DNA of 64,000 bases. It comes from Ruminococcus sp. Its GTDB lineage: Bacteria > Bacillota > Clostridia > Oscillospirales > Ruminococcaceae. Positions within the stretch are counted from its first letter, which is position 1. Every line of letters begins with the position of its first letter. A program made the translations under genes and the position numbers. A model generated the notes under the pieces. The model worked only from the letters and a program-made list of their open reading frames with translations, made no database searches and was not told the DNA's origin. Positions 38,449 through 47,425 of the stretch are shown one piece after another. The stretch covers positions 3,962-67,961 of the forward strand of contig JAFWWU010000089.1 in NCBI GenBank assembly GCA_017523285.1, read 5' to 3'.

Positions 38449-39630
38449 ATGGATAATTTTAATTTTTACAGCCCTACTGAATTTATATTCGGTAAGGAAA
38501 GAGAAAACGAATGTGGTGATTATGTAAAAAAATACGGTGGAAAGAAGGTTCTTATCCACTATGGAGGCGGCTCTGTAATCCGTTCAGGTCTGCTTGACAG
38601 AGTTAAAACTTCTCTCGATAAGGCAGGCGTGGAATACGTTGAACTTGGCGGTGTTCAGCCTAATCCCCGTGATACTAAGATTTATGAGGGTATTGAAATC
38701 TGTCGTAAAGAAAATGTTGATTTTATTCTTTCCGTTGGCGGAGGTTCTTGCATAGATTCGTCTAAGGGAATTGCTATCGGTGCACTTTATGACGGAGATT
38801 TCTGGGATTTCTACGGCACAGGCAAGACTGTTGAAAAGGCTCTTCCTATTGGTACTGTTCTTACAATTGCGGCGGCAGGCAGTGAAGGCTCAGGCGCATC
38901 TGTTGTAACAAAAGAAGAGGGAATGCTTAAACGTGATGTAGGTTCTGATTTGTTAAGACCGAGATTTTCTATTCTCAACCCTGCACTTACATGCACTCTT
39001 CCTGCATATCAGACTGCTTGCGGTACTACTGATATTATGGCTCATGTGTTTGAAAGATACTTTACAAATACAAAAGAAGTTGAAATCACAGACAGACTCT
39101 GCGAGGCTGTTCTGCTTACTATGATTAAAGAAACTCCGAGAGTTATCGAAAATCCTGATAACTATGAAGCAAGAGCAAATATTATGTGGGCAGGAACTGT
39201 TGCACATAACGATATTGTCGGTGTCGGAAGAAGTCAGGACTGGAACAGTCACGGAATTGAGCATGAGCTTTCCGGACTTTATGACTGTGCTCATGGTGCA
39301 GGACTTGCAGTTATTATGCCTGCATGGATGGAATACGTTATGAATCATAATGTTATGAGATTTGCTCAGATGGCAACAAGATTATGGGGTATTCCTATGA
39401 ATTTTGAAAAACCAGAAGTTACTGCAAAGGCTGGTATCTGTGCTTTCAGAAGATTCTTACATGATATCGGAATGCCGATTAATTTTGAAGAGCTTGGTGC
39501 TAAGGAAGAGGATATTCCTGTTCTTGTTGAAAAGCTTGGTATCGGAAACGGCAAGAGAGGTGGATTTGTTGAGCTTGATGCTAAGGCTGTAACTGAAATC
39601 TACACAATTGCGGCTCATGCAAAAATCTGA
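38449..39630 (+). CDS. iron-containing (group III) alcohol dehydrogenase, butanol dehydrogenase/YqhD-like
   Basis: GGGSVIRSG, SVGGGSCIDSSK and the metal-binding His cluster (HGIEHELSGLYDCAHGAG). Confidence 0.88.
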   Translation: MDNFNFYSPTEFIFGKERENECGDYVKKYGGKKVLIHYGGGSVIRSGLLDRVKTSLDKAGVEYVELGGVQPNPRDTKIYEGIEICRKENVDFILSVGGGSCIDSSKGIAIGALYDGDFWDFYGTGKTVEKALPIGTVLTIAAAGSEGSGASVVTKEEGMLKRDVGSDLLRPRFSILNPALTCTLPAYQTACGTTDIMAHVFERYFTNTKEVEITDRLCEAVLLTMIKETPRVIENPDNYEARANIMWAGTVAHNDIVGVGRSQDWNSHGIEHELSGLYDCAHGAGLAVIMPAWMEYVMNHNVMRFAQMATRLWGIPMNFEKPEVTAKAGICAFRRFLHDIGMPINFEELGAKEEDIPVLVEKLGIGNGKRGGFVELDAKAVTEIYTIAAHAKI

Positions 39631-39646
39631 ATATAATGCTATACTA

Positions 39647-39689
39647 ATCCCGTGCAGAATAGATTTTCTGCACGGGATTTCTGTTTTAT
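39647..39689 (+). terminator. intrinsic terminator
   Basis: Perfect 14-bp stem AATCCCGTGCAGAA / TTCTGCACGGGATT followed by TCTGTTTT. Confidence 0.85.
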
Positions 39690-39779
39690 TCAAATGATTC
39701 AATTATATCGATAATGATACTGAATTGTATTATAGAATCCGTTTTGTTGAGTAACGCTTATATCATATGTAAATTTTGC

Positions 39780-39808
39780 TTGCAATTCACTCTTTAATAT
39801 GGTATAAT
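39780..39808 (+). promoter_or_regulatory. sigma-A promoter of the MetRS-like gene
   Basis: TTGCAA, 17 nt, extended -10 TGgTATAAT. Confidence 0.6.
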
Positions 39809-39847
39809 ATTTGTTGAGTTTTAAGACTTGTGAAAGGAATTGAAATT

Positions 39848-41866
39848 ATGTCTAACGATGCTAAAAAACAGAAACAATTTGAAATACCACGTCCTGAATT
39901 TCCGAAAAGAGCAGTAGTAACAGGCGGAATGCCATACGGCAACAAGGAACTTCATTTCGGACATGTAGGCGGAATGCTCGTGTTTGCCGATACTTATGCA
40001 CGTTTTCTCCGTGACAGAATAGGCAAGGAAAACGTAATTTTCGTAAGCGGAACTGACTGCTATGGCTCACCTATTGCAGAGGGCTGGAGAAAAAAGGTTG
40101 CCGACGGCGAATTTGAAGGCTCACTTGAAGATTTTGTAACACGCAACCACGAAAAGCAGAAAGCAACACTTGAAAAATACGCTGTTTCACCAAACCTGTT
40201 TGCAGCATCAGGTTTAGGACGTTCAAAGGAAATACACGCAGAATATACATTGGAATTCCTGCAGTCATTATATGATAAAGGTCAGCTTGATAAAATATCT
40301 ACAATGCAGTTTTTTGATGAAAAGGCAGGCGTATTTTTAAACGGCAGACAGGTTGTAGGTAAATGTCCTGTTGAGGGATGTAATTCCGAAAAGGGATACG
40401 CAGATGAATGTGATCTCGGACATCAGTATATGCCTGAAAATCTTATAAATCCTGTAAGTACACTCACAGGTGAAACTCCTGTAATGAAGCCTGTTGTCAA
40501 CTGGTATTTCAAGCTTCGTGATTATGAGAAACTTCTTCAGGACTGGGTCGCTGAAATGCAGAAGGATAAGGCTGTAAGACCAGTTGTATGGAAAACAATT
40601 TCAGAATTCCTTAAACCGCCTGTAATCTATATAAAGCGTGAATTTGAGGAAAAATATTTTGAGCTTAAGGATAAAATGCCGGAGCATAATTACCTTGAAG
40701 AGCCTAAAAAGCCTTCATTTACAATAGAATTTACAAAGCTTTCAGACTGTGATGATGCTTGCCGCGTACTCACAGAAAATGGAATACGCTATCGTACAGG
40801 TAAAACCCTCGTTCCGTTCCGCCTTACAGGTAACATCGAATGGGGTGTACCTGCGCCGCAGTTTGAGGAAGATTCCGAAAAGCTCACAGTATGGGTATGG
40901 CCTGAATCACTCTGGGCACCTATTTCATTCACACAGACATATCTCGAACAGTCAGGACATAATAAGGAAGAATGGAAGGATTACTGGTGCAGTAAGGAAT
41001 CAAAGGTTTACCAGTTTATCGGACAGGATAATATTTATTTCTACGGTATTGCAGAGCCTGCAATGTGGCTTGCACAGCAGTCATCACAAGAAAAGACAGC
41101 GGATGTTCCTGATGGAGAATTACAGCTCCCGACAATCGTTGCAAATCACCATATACTTTTCCTTGATAAAAAGGCTTCAAGCTCAGGTAATGTAAAACCG
41201 CCTATGGCTGATGATCTTCTCAATTTCTATACTCCTGAGCAGCTCCGTATGCACTGGCTTGGTCTCGGTCTCGGACAGCGTTCTGTAAGCTTTATGCCAA
41301 AGCCATTCAATCCTGACGCAAAGCCTGAAGATTCAGATCCTGTTGTAAAGGATGGTCTGCTCCTTTCAAACGTATACAATCGTATGATAAGAACAGCGTT
41401 CTATACAACTCAGAAAGAGCTTGATGGTATACTTCCTGATGTAATGCCTGAGAAAAAGGTTCTTGCGGATGCAAAGAAAGCTGTTCTTGAATATGAGCGT
41501 CATATGTCAAAATTTGCGTTCCACCAGTGTACTTATGTTCTTGACAGCTATATCAGAAATGCAAGCAAGTATATGGCAAAGGCTCTTCATGAAGAAAATC
41601 AGAGCAAGGAAGAATTACAGCAGGCTCTCTCAAATCTTTTCTATATGATAAGAATTGCAGGAATACTTCTTCATCCTATGGCACCATTCGGAACTGAAAA
41701 GCTTCAGGAATACTTACAGGTAGATGATCGTATCTGGTCATGGGAAACAATTTTTGAGCCGATTTCATTCTTTACAGAAAAGAATCACAAGCTTAAATTC
41801 CTCCCGCCAAGAACTGACTTCTTTACACGTCATGAAAGCCAGTTTGCAGCGGCGGATGAAAACTGA
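39848..41866 (+). CDS. methionyl-tRNA-synthetase-like class I aminoacyl-tRNA ligase family protein (atypical motifs)
   Basis: Collinear with MetRS by eye: PYGNKELHFGH (HIGH), SGTDCYGSPI, Zn knuckle CPVEGCNSEKGYADECDLGH, WVWPESLWAPISF, QFIGQDNIYFY..EPAMW. KASSS sits where KMSKS belongs. ATG 39848 follows SD GAAAGGA. No T-box leader. Confidence 0.7.
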   Translation: MSNDAKKQKQFEIPRPEFPKRAVVTGGMPYGNKELHFGHVGGMLVFADTYARFLRDRIGKENVIFVSGTDCYGSPIAEGWRKKVADGEFEGSLEDFVTRNHEKQKATLEKYAVSPNLFAASGLGRSKEIHAEYTLEFLQSLYDKGQLDKISTMQFFDEKAGVFLNGRQVVGKCPVEGCNSEKGYADECDLGHQYMPENLINPVSTLTGETPVMKPVVNWYFKLRDYEKLLQDWVAEMQKDKAVRPVVWKTISEFLKPPVIYIKREFEEKYFELKDKMPEHNYLEEPKKPSFTIEFTKLSDCDDACRVLTENGIRYRTGKTLVPFRLTGNIEWGVPAPQFEEDSEKLTVWVWPESLWAPISFTQTYLEQSGHNKEEWKDYWCSKESKVYQFIGQDNIYFYGIAEPAMWLAQQSSQEKTADVPDGELQLPTIVANHHILFLDKKASSSGNVKPPMADDLLNFYTPEQLRMHWLGLGLGQRSVSFMPKPFNPDAKPEDSDPVVKDGLLLSNVYNRMIRTAFYTTQKELDGILPDVMPEKKVLADAKKAVLEYERHMSKFAFHQCTYVLDSYIRNASKYMAKALHEENQSKEELQQALSNLFYMIRIAGILLHPMAPFGTEKLQEYLQVDDRIWSWETIFEPISFFTEKNHKLKFLPPRTDFFTRHESQFAAADEN

Positions 41867-41880
41867 TAAAATGACTATAA

Positions 41881-41910
41881 ATCACGTTTCTGTAAAAACG
41901 GAAACGTGAT
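41881..41910 (+). terminator. hairpin terminator after the MetRS-like gene
   Basis: Perfect 10-bp stem ATCACGTTTC / GAAACGTGAT. Only a short U-tail. Confidence 0.55.
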
Positions 41911-42090
41911 TTAAGGCAATACTGCACAGAGCTTGTGCAAAAGATGCAAAGTCAGATTTTTCGTCAGATTGTATAGAAATCTTGCAGGCATACTATCGTA
42001 TGTCAAGAGATTTCTGTGCAAGATCACGGAAAATCCGCAAGCAGATTTTGTGCAAAGTATTTATACGGGCTTTGTGCAGTGTTGCCTTAA
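41911..42090 (+). repeat. 180-nt imperfect palindrome bounded by 22-nt inverted repeats, rich in TGTGCA motifs
   Basis: TTAAGGCAATACTGCACAGAGC (41911-41932) versus GCTTTGTGCAGTGTTGCCTTAA (42069-42090). Both mismatches become G-U pairs in plus-strand RNA. Inner arms also pair (AGAAATCT/AGATTTCT, GCATAC/GTATG). TGTGCA/TGCACA occurs 5 times. Confidence 0.7.
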
Positions 42091-42200
42091 TTATTTTCAT
42101 AATTATATATAAAATCTTTAAGATTATTTTAAGAGTAATGATATACAATGATGATATAATGCATGAGATACGGCACTATATAAAAAAGGAGAGAAAAGGA

Positions 42201-44861
42201 ATGAATAAAAAACACGCTCTTAGAACAGCCGCAGGTATAATGAGTCTTGCACTTATAATGAATTCAATGGGTATAACTAAAGGCTCTGAGGTTCATGCGG
42301 CGGCAAAATCAAACGTGACTATCAACGAAATATGCCCTAAAAACAGCATATATACCGCTCTCGACGGTAATTGCTACGACTGGATTGAGCTTTATAACCC
42401 GACAGGAAGCTCGGTTGATTTAAGCGGCTGGGGACTTACAGACAAGCAGGCAACTCCATATCAGTTTACATTCGCATCAGGAACAACAATCGGTGCAAAT
42501 CAGCGTCTTGTTGTATTCTGTGATTCAAAGGCGGCAGAAACAAATACATCTTACGCGCCGTTCGGACTCTCAACAGGCGGAGAAACTCTCATTCTCACAG
42601 ATAAGAACGGAACAACAGTTGATACTGTTACATTTGGCTCTATGGCAGATGATACAGCTTATGGTCAGTATCCTGACGGAAGCGGAGAATTTTATGTGTT
42701 AAATGGCACACCGTCAAATCAGAATGCAGCACCCGAAGGCTCAAATGCAGTACAGACACCTGAATTTTCAGCAGAAAGCGGATTTTATAATAATTCATTC
42801 CAGCTTTCTATCTCGGCACCGCAGGGAACAACAGTATATTATACACTTGACGGAAGCAATCCTACAACTGAATCAGAAAAATATGTTTCACCAATTACTG
42901 TTAACGATATGACATCAAATCCTAATGTATACAGTGCAAGAACTGATATCAGTGCAAGCGAAGTGGAAGCGCCGACAGAAAATGTTGATAAAGCGGCAAT
43001 AGTTCGTGCTATTGCAGTGGATTCTCAGGGCAGAACAAGTGGAATCATAACAAAAACATATTTTATCGGTACAACAAACACATCATATTACAAGGATATG
43101 AAGGTAGTATCTCTTGTAACTGATCCTGATAATCTTTTTGATTATGAAAAAGGAATTTATGTAAAGGGAAAAGTGTACGACGATAATTATTCAAATACAG
43201 GCGGTGCTGCAGGACCAGGTGGCTGGGGCGGCGGCTGGGGCGGTGGCTTCGGCGCATTTCAGCCATGGGCAATGGAAGCAAACTATACTCAGAAAGGCAG
43301 AGAATGGGAGCGTGAAGCAAGCTTTGAGCTTTTCGAAAATGGTGAGTCTGTACTTTCACAGAATGTCGGAATAAGAATAAAAGGTGCTGCTTCAAGATCT
43401 ACTCCTCAGAAAAGCTTTAATATCTATGCAAGAAATGAATATGGCAAGGATGTTCTTGAATATGATTTCTTTGATGGAACAGCAACAAAAGCTAAGAATG
43501 GTAAAAAAATCGATAAATTTGATTCAATCACAATCAGAAACGGCGGAAATGATAATTCAGCGGCATTTTTCAGAGATTCAATCAATCAGCAGCTTGTAGC
43601 TGACAGAGATTTTGCAATGCAGGCTTCAAGTGAATGTCTTGTATTTATTGATGGTGAATATTGGGGTATATATCAGATTACTGAAAAGGTAAGCGATGAT
43701 TTTATAAAATCTCATTATGGAATTGATAAATCAGATGTTGCTATAATCAAGAATTCAGAGCTTGAAGAGGGAACAGATCAGGACCTTAACGACTGGAATA
43801 ATATTATAAGCAAGTGTGCGAATTCTGATATGACAAACACAGCAAATTATGAAGAATTCTGCAATAAAGTAGATGTACAGAGCTTCATTGATTATTTCTC
43901 GGCACAGATTTACTGGTGCAACGGTGACTGGCCGCATAATAACCTTGCTGTATGGCGTTCAAACGTAGTAGACGCTTCAAATGAATATTCAGACGGAAAA
44001 TGGCGTATGTTCTTGTTTGATACAGAATATTCAACAGGTCTTTACGGCGGAACTGAAACAGCTGTTTCTACTGATGTATTCAGCAGAATGAGCTCGGGAT
44101 TCAATGCAAGTGAAATCGGAAGAGCAGTTGCTTCACTCCTTAAAAACCCCGAATTCAAAAAGCAGTTTGCACTCAGCTTTATGGATATTGCAAATAATAA
44201 CTTCTCACAGGAAAACACAAAATCAATAATAGATAAATTCAAGAATACCTATGGTCAGTATATTCTTGATAACTACAAGCGTTTCTATTCTGTAAGTCTT
44301 GGGGATGCAAAGGGCGAACAGAAACTCAGAACAGAATATGATACAATTACTTCATTCTTCAATAACAGATTAAGCTATGCTTCAGACAGTATGAAGAGAG
44401 CACTCAGCCTTACAGGACAGCTTGGAACTCTTAATGTAAATAACGAAACAGGCGGTCAGATTACAGTAAATACAGCGAAAATCAAGAAAGATCAGAAACA
44501 ATGGACAGGTAAGTATTTCTCAGATTATGAGGTAACTGTAAAAGCTGAGCCTGATGAGGGATGCAGATTCTATCGTTGGGAAGTAAGCGGAGCAAATCTT
44601 TCTGAAAGCGAGCTTACAAATCCTGAAATAAGCTTTGTTGTAAACGGAAGCGTAACAGTAACACCGATATATGAAATCGGAGCATCATCAAATAATAAAG
44701 GTGATTGCAATAATGACGGCAAGGTTGATATTGCAGATGCAGTATTACTCCAGCAGTATATTATCGGTAAAACCAACAATGTCAGCAACAGCGATGTGGA
44801 TTCAGACGGAACAACAGACGTATTTGACCTCACAGCACTCAAAAGAAATATAGTTAAATAA
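42201..44861 (+). CDS. secreted CotH kinase-family protein with N-terminal lamin-tail domain and C-terminal dockerin
   Basis: Signal peptide. LTD (VTINEI..DWIELYNPTGSSVDLSGWGLTD), CHB_HEX_C-like FSAESGFYNNSFQLSISAP..TVYYTLDGSNPT, CotH core (IRNGGNDNSAAFFRDS..IDGEYWGIYQITEK), and dockerin GDCNNDGKVDIADAVLLQQY...DVDSDGTTDVFDLTALKR. ATG 42201 follows SD AGGAGAG. Confidence 0.85.
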   Translation: MNKKHALRTAAGIMSLALIMNSMGITKGSEVHAAAKSNVTINEICPKNSIYTALDGNCYDWIELYNPTGSSVDLSGWGLTDKQATPYQFTFASGTTIGANQRLVVFCDSKAAETNTSYAPFGLSTGGETLILTDKNGTTVDTVTFGSMADDTAYGQYPDGSGEFYVLNGTPSNQNAAPEGSNAVQTPEFSAESGFYNNSFQLSISAPQGTTVYYTLDGSNPTTESEKYVSPITVNDMTSNPNVYSARTDISASEVEAPTENVDKAAIVRAIAVDSQGRTSGIITKTYFIGTTNTSYYKDMKVVSLVTDPDNLFDYEKGIYVKGKVYDDNYSNTGGAAGPGGWGGGWGGGFGAFQPWAMEANYTQKGREWEREASFELFENGESVLSQNVGIRIKGAASRSTPQKSFNIYARNEYGKDVLEYDFFDGTATKAKNGKKIDKFDSITIRNGGNDNSAAFFRDSINQQLVADRDFAMQASSECLVFIDGEYWGIYQITEKVSDDFIKSHYGIDKSDVAIIKNSELEEGTDQDLNDWNNIISKCANSDMTNTANYEEFCNKVDVQSFIDYFSAQIYWCNGDWPHNNLAVWRSNVVDASNEYSDGKWRMFLFDTEYSTGLYGGTETAVSTDVFSRMSSGFNASEIGRAVASLLKNPEFKKQFALSFMDIANNNFSQENTKSIIDKFKNTYGQYILDNYKRFYSVSLGDAKGEQKLRTEYDTITSFFNNRLSYASDSMKRALSLTGQLGTLNVNNETGGQITVNTAKIKKDQKQWTGKYFSDYEVTVKAEPDEGCRFYRWEVSGANLSESELTNPEISFVVNGSVTVTPIYEIGASSNNKGDCNNDGKVDIADAVLLQQYIIGKTNNVSNSDVDSDGTTDVFDLTALKRNIVK

Positions 44862-44868
44862 TATTTAT

Positions 44869-44895
44869 GGGCGGATTGTAATAATCCGCCCTTTG
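44869..44895 (+). terminator. intrinsic terminator (GGGCGGAT/ATCCGCCC type)
   Basis: GGGCGGATT gtaat AATCCGCCC followed by TTTG. Confidence 0.7.
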
Positions 44896-45269
44896 ACATC
44901 TTATGATAAATATAATATAATAAACCATAAAGTGTTATATTTTAATTCTTATTAGAGCGGCGATAATATATGTATCTTGATGATATAATAATCAATACAG
45001 AGATTGATATTCCCGAATCTGTTGTAAAATACAGACAGTAATATGCTGATTTTGCTTTATCATGTTACTACTGGACAATATTTAAGTGATAAAGCCATAA
45101 AGCTATAATTAAAACAGAAATACAATATAAATAATATTATGTGATAAATTGTTTGTTATTGTTAAAAAAACAGAATATTCTGCCCTATATTCGTAATAAT
45201 AATCAATAGACATATACTGTCTGTAATGTTATAATATATGTACTATTTCAAATATGGAGGAAACAAAAA

Positions 45270-45983
45270 ATGAAAAAGGCAATTACTTTAATTTTAGCAG
45301 CTATGATGATTACAGGTCTTGTATCATGTGATAAAAAGGATAAGGATTCATCAAGCGCAAAGGAAAATACTTCATCATCAGTATCAGACAGCACAGCAGG
45401 CGAAGAAAGCTCAAAGACTGATGAGGAAAGCTCAGTAGCAGAAGAAAGCTCAAAGGCTGAGGAAAACTCCGAAGCATCAGATTCATCACAGGCTGGTACA
45501 GAAGAATCAGCTGACAGCCCTCTTGCAATTCTCAATACAATCTGGGCAACATATGAAGAAGCTGAAAAGTTCCCTGTTGCAGGCGGTGACTTCTCAGAAG
45601 AAAACGCAAATATGGAAGGTCCCGGCAGATACAGCATTGCTGACGCAGAAGCTCTTGACTCAGCACTCGGATTCCCTGCTGCTTCAATCGCTAAACTCGA
45701 AGATGCAGCTTCAATTGTTCACATGATGAACGCTAATACATTCACGTGTGGTGCATATCGTGTAAAGGCAGGCGAAGACCTTAAGGTAATAGCTGATGAA
45801 ATAAAGGCAAATATTACTGCAAGACAGTGGATGTGCGGTATCCCTGAAAAGTATGTAATCATTGCACTTGATAAGGATATAATCTGTGCATTCGGTGCAG
45901 CTGATATAGTTGATGTGTTTGCAGGAAAAGTTAAGACATCATTCGCTTCAGCAGAAACACTTGTAGAAGATAACATCGCATAA
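45270..45983 (+). CDS. lipoprotein with Ser/Glu-rich linker (DUF4358-like, tentative)
   Basis: Lipobox ITGLVSC and SD GGAGGAAA. Sits immediately upstream of the MBOAT/DHHW pair, as DUF4358-type lipoproteins often do in clostridia (from memory). Confidence 0.55.
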   Translation: MKKAITLILAAMMITGLVSCDKKDKDSSSAKENTSSSVSDSTAGEESSKTDEESSVAEESSKAEENSEASDSSQAGTEESADSPLAILNTIWATYEEAEKFPVAGGDFSEENANMEGPGRYSIADAEALDSALGFPAASIAKLEDAASIVHMMNANTFTCGAYRVKAGEDLKVIADEIKANITARQWMCGIPEKYVIIALDKDIICAFGAADIVDVFAGKVKTSFASAETLVEDNIA

Positions 45984-46003
45984 TTATTAATGGAGAAACA
46001 GAG

Positions 46004-47413
46004 ATGCTTTTTTCCGCTATAACTTTTTTATATTTCTATCTGCCTGTAACGGTATTGATATATTTTATTGCTCCCAAGCCCGCTAAAAATGCAGTGCTCC
46101 TGCTTGGGAGCTTATTTTTTTATGGATGGGGCGAACCAAAATATCTCATCCTTATGGTTATATCCATTATACAAGGATACGTTCTCGGACTTCTCATCGA
46201 TAAAAGCAAAAGGGATAAAAAAGAAAAACTTTCAAAGCTGTATATAAGTCTTTCGGTAGTTTTAAGTCTTGGAACACTCGGTTACTTCAAATATGCTGAT
46301 TTCTTCATTGAAAACTTCAACAGAGTGACAGGACTTTCAATGGGACTTCTGAAAATAGCACTTCCGATAGGAATAAGCTTCTATACATTCCAGATTCTAA
46401 GCTATACAATAGATGTTTACAGAAGAAATGTTGATGTACAGAAGAATATAATAGATTTTGGTGCTTATGTTGCAATGTTTCCGCAGCTTATTGCAGGACC
46501 TATTGTTCGTTATGCAGATATTGCCGTACAGCTTAAAAACCGTACTCACAGCATAGCAAAATCTGCCGAGGGTATACGAAGATTTATAATCGGACTTTCA
46601 AAAAAAGTTTTGCTTGCAAATATACTTGGTGAGCTTGCAGAGGCTTATCGTACAGCTGAGGATAAATCTGTATTATTCGTGTGGCTTTATGCAATAGCAT
46701 ATACGCTTCATATATACTTTGATTTTTCGGGTTATAGTGATATGGCAATAGGACTCGGAAAAATATTCGGGTTTGATTTCCCTGAAAACTTCAATTATCC
46801 TTATATATCAAAAAGTGTAACTGAATTCTGGAGAAGATGGCACATGTCACTCGGAACATGGTTCAGAGATTATCTTTATATTCCGCTTGGCGGCAACAGA
46901 GTTTCAAAGCCAAGATGGATGATAAACATACTCATTGTATGGCTTGCAACAGGATTCTGGCATGGTGCGGCATGGAATTTCATAATATGGGGATTATATT
47001 TTGCGATACTTCTCATGCTTGAAAAACTGTTTCTGCTTAAAATTACGGAAAAGCTTAAAGGAATTAATCACATTTATGTATTGCTTCTTGTAATTATAAG
47101 CTTTGTAATATTTGATTCGCTTACAATGAACAGAGCAACTAACGTAATCGGAGAGATGTTCTTTATGAAAGGTCTGCCGCTTACAACACAGGAAAGCGTA
47201 TATCTTTTAAGAAGCTATGCCGTTATAATAATTACAGGAATAATAGGTGCAACTCCGATTCCGAAGAAGCTTGTTCTGAAATTAAGAGAAATCAAAGCAG
47301 GTGCAATAGTAACAGATGTTGCAGAGCCGTTTCTGCTTGTATCGCTTCTTGCAGTCGTAACCGCATTTCTTGTAGACGGTTCATTCAATCCGTTCTTATA
47401 TTTTAGGTTTTAA
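46004..47413 (+). CDS. MBOAT-family membrane-bound O-acyltransferase (AlgI/DltB-like)
   Basis: Polytopic protein. FWRRWHMSLGTWFRDYLYIPLGGNR and FWHGAAWNF contain the conserved MBOAT His region. Confidence 0.9.
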   Translation: MLFSAITFLYFYLPVTVLIYFIAPKPAKNAVLLLGSLFFYGWGEPKYLILMVISIIQGYVLGLLIDKSKRDKKEKLSKLYISLSVVLSLGTLGYFKYADFFIENFNRVTGLSMGLLKIALPIGISFYTFQILSYTIDVYRRNVDVQKNIIDFGAYVAMFPQLIAGPIVRYADIAVQLKNRTHSIAKSAEGIRRFIIGLSKKVLLANILGELAEAYRTAEDKSVLFVWLYAIAYTLHIYFDFSGYSDMAIGLGKIFGFDFPENFNYPYISKSVTEFWRRWHMSLGTWFRDYLYIPLGGNRVSKPRWMINILIVWLATGFWHGAAWNFIIWGLYFAILLMLEKLFLLKITEKLKGINHIYVLLLVIISFVIFDSLTMNRATNVIGEMFFMKGLPLTTQESVYLLRSYAVIIITGIIGATPIPKKLVLKLREIKAGAIVTDVAEPFLLVSLLAVVTAFLVDGSFNPFLYFRF

Positions 47414-47425
47414 GGAGGGAAGAGT

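Noticed and set aside
39690-39847. A possible T-box leader upstream of the MetRS-like gene (and likewise of leuS at 2211-2224).
   Set aside because: The intergenic regions are too short or AT-rich. No specifier-loop, T-box (AATTAGGGTGGTACCGCG-like) or antiterminator sequences are visible.
41982-42200. A 73-aa N-terminal extension of the CotH ORF in the track.
   Set aside because: It runs through the palindromic repeat and AT-rich promoter DNA. A signal peptide and strong SD occur at ATG 42201.
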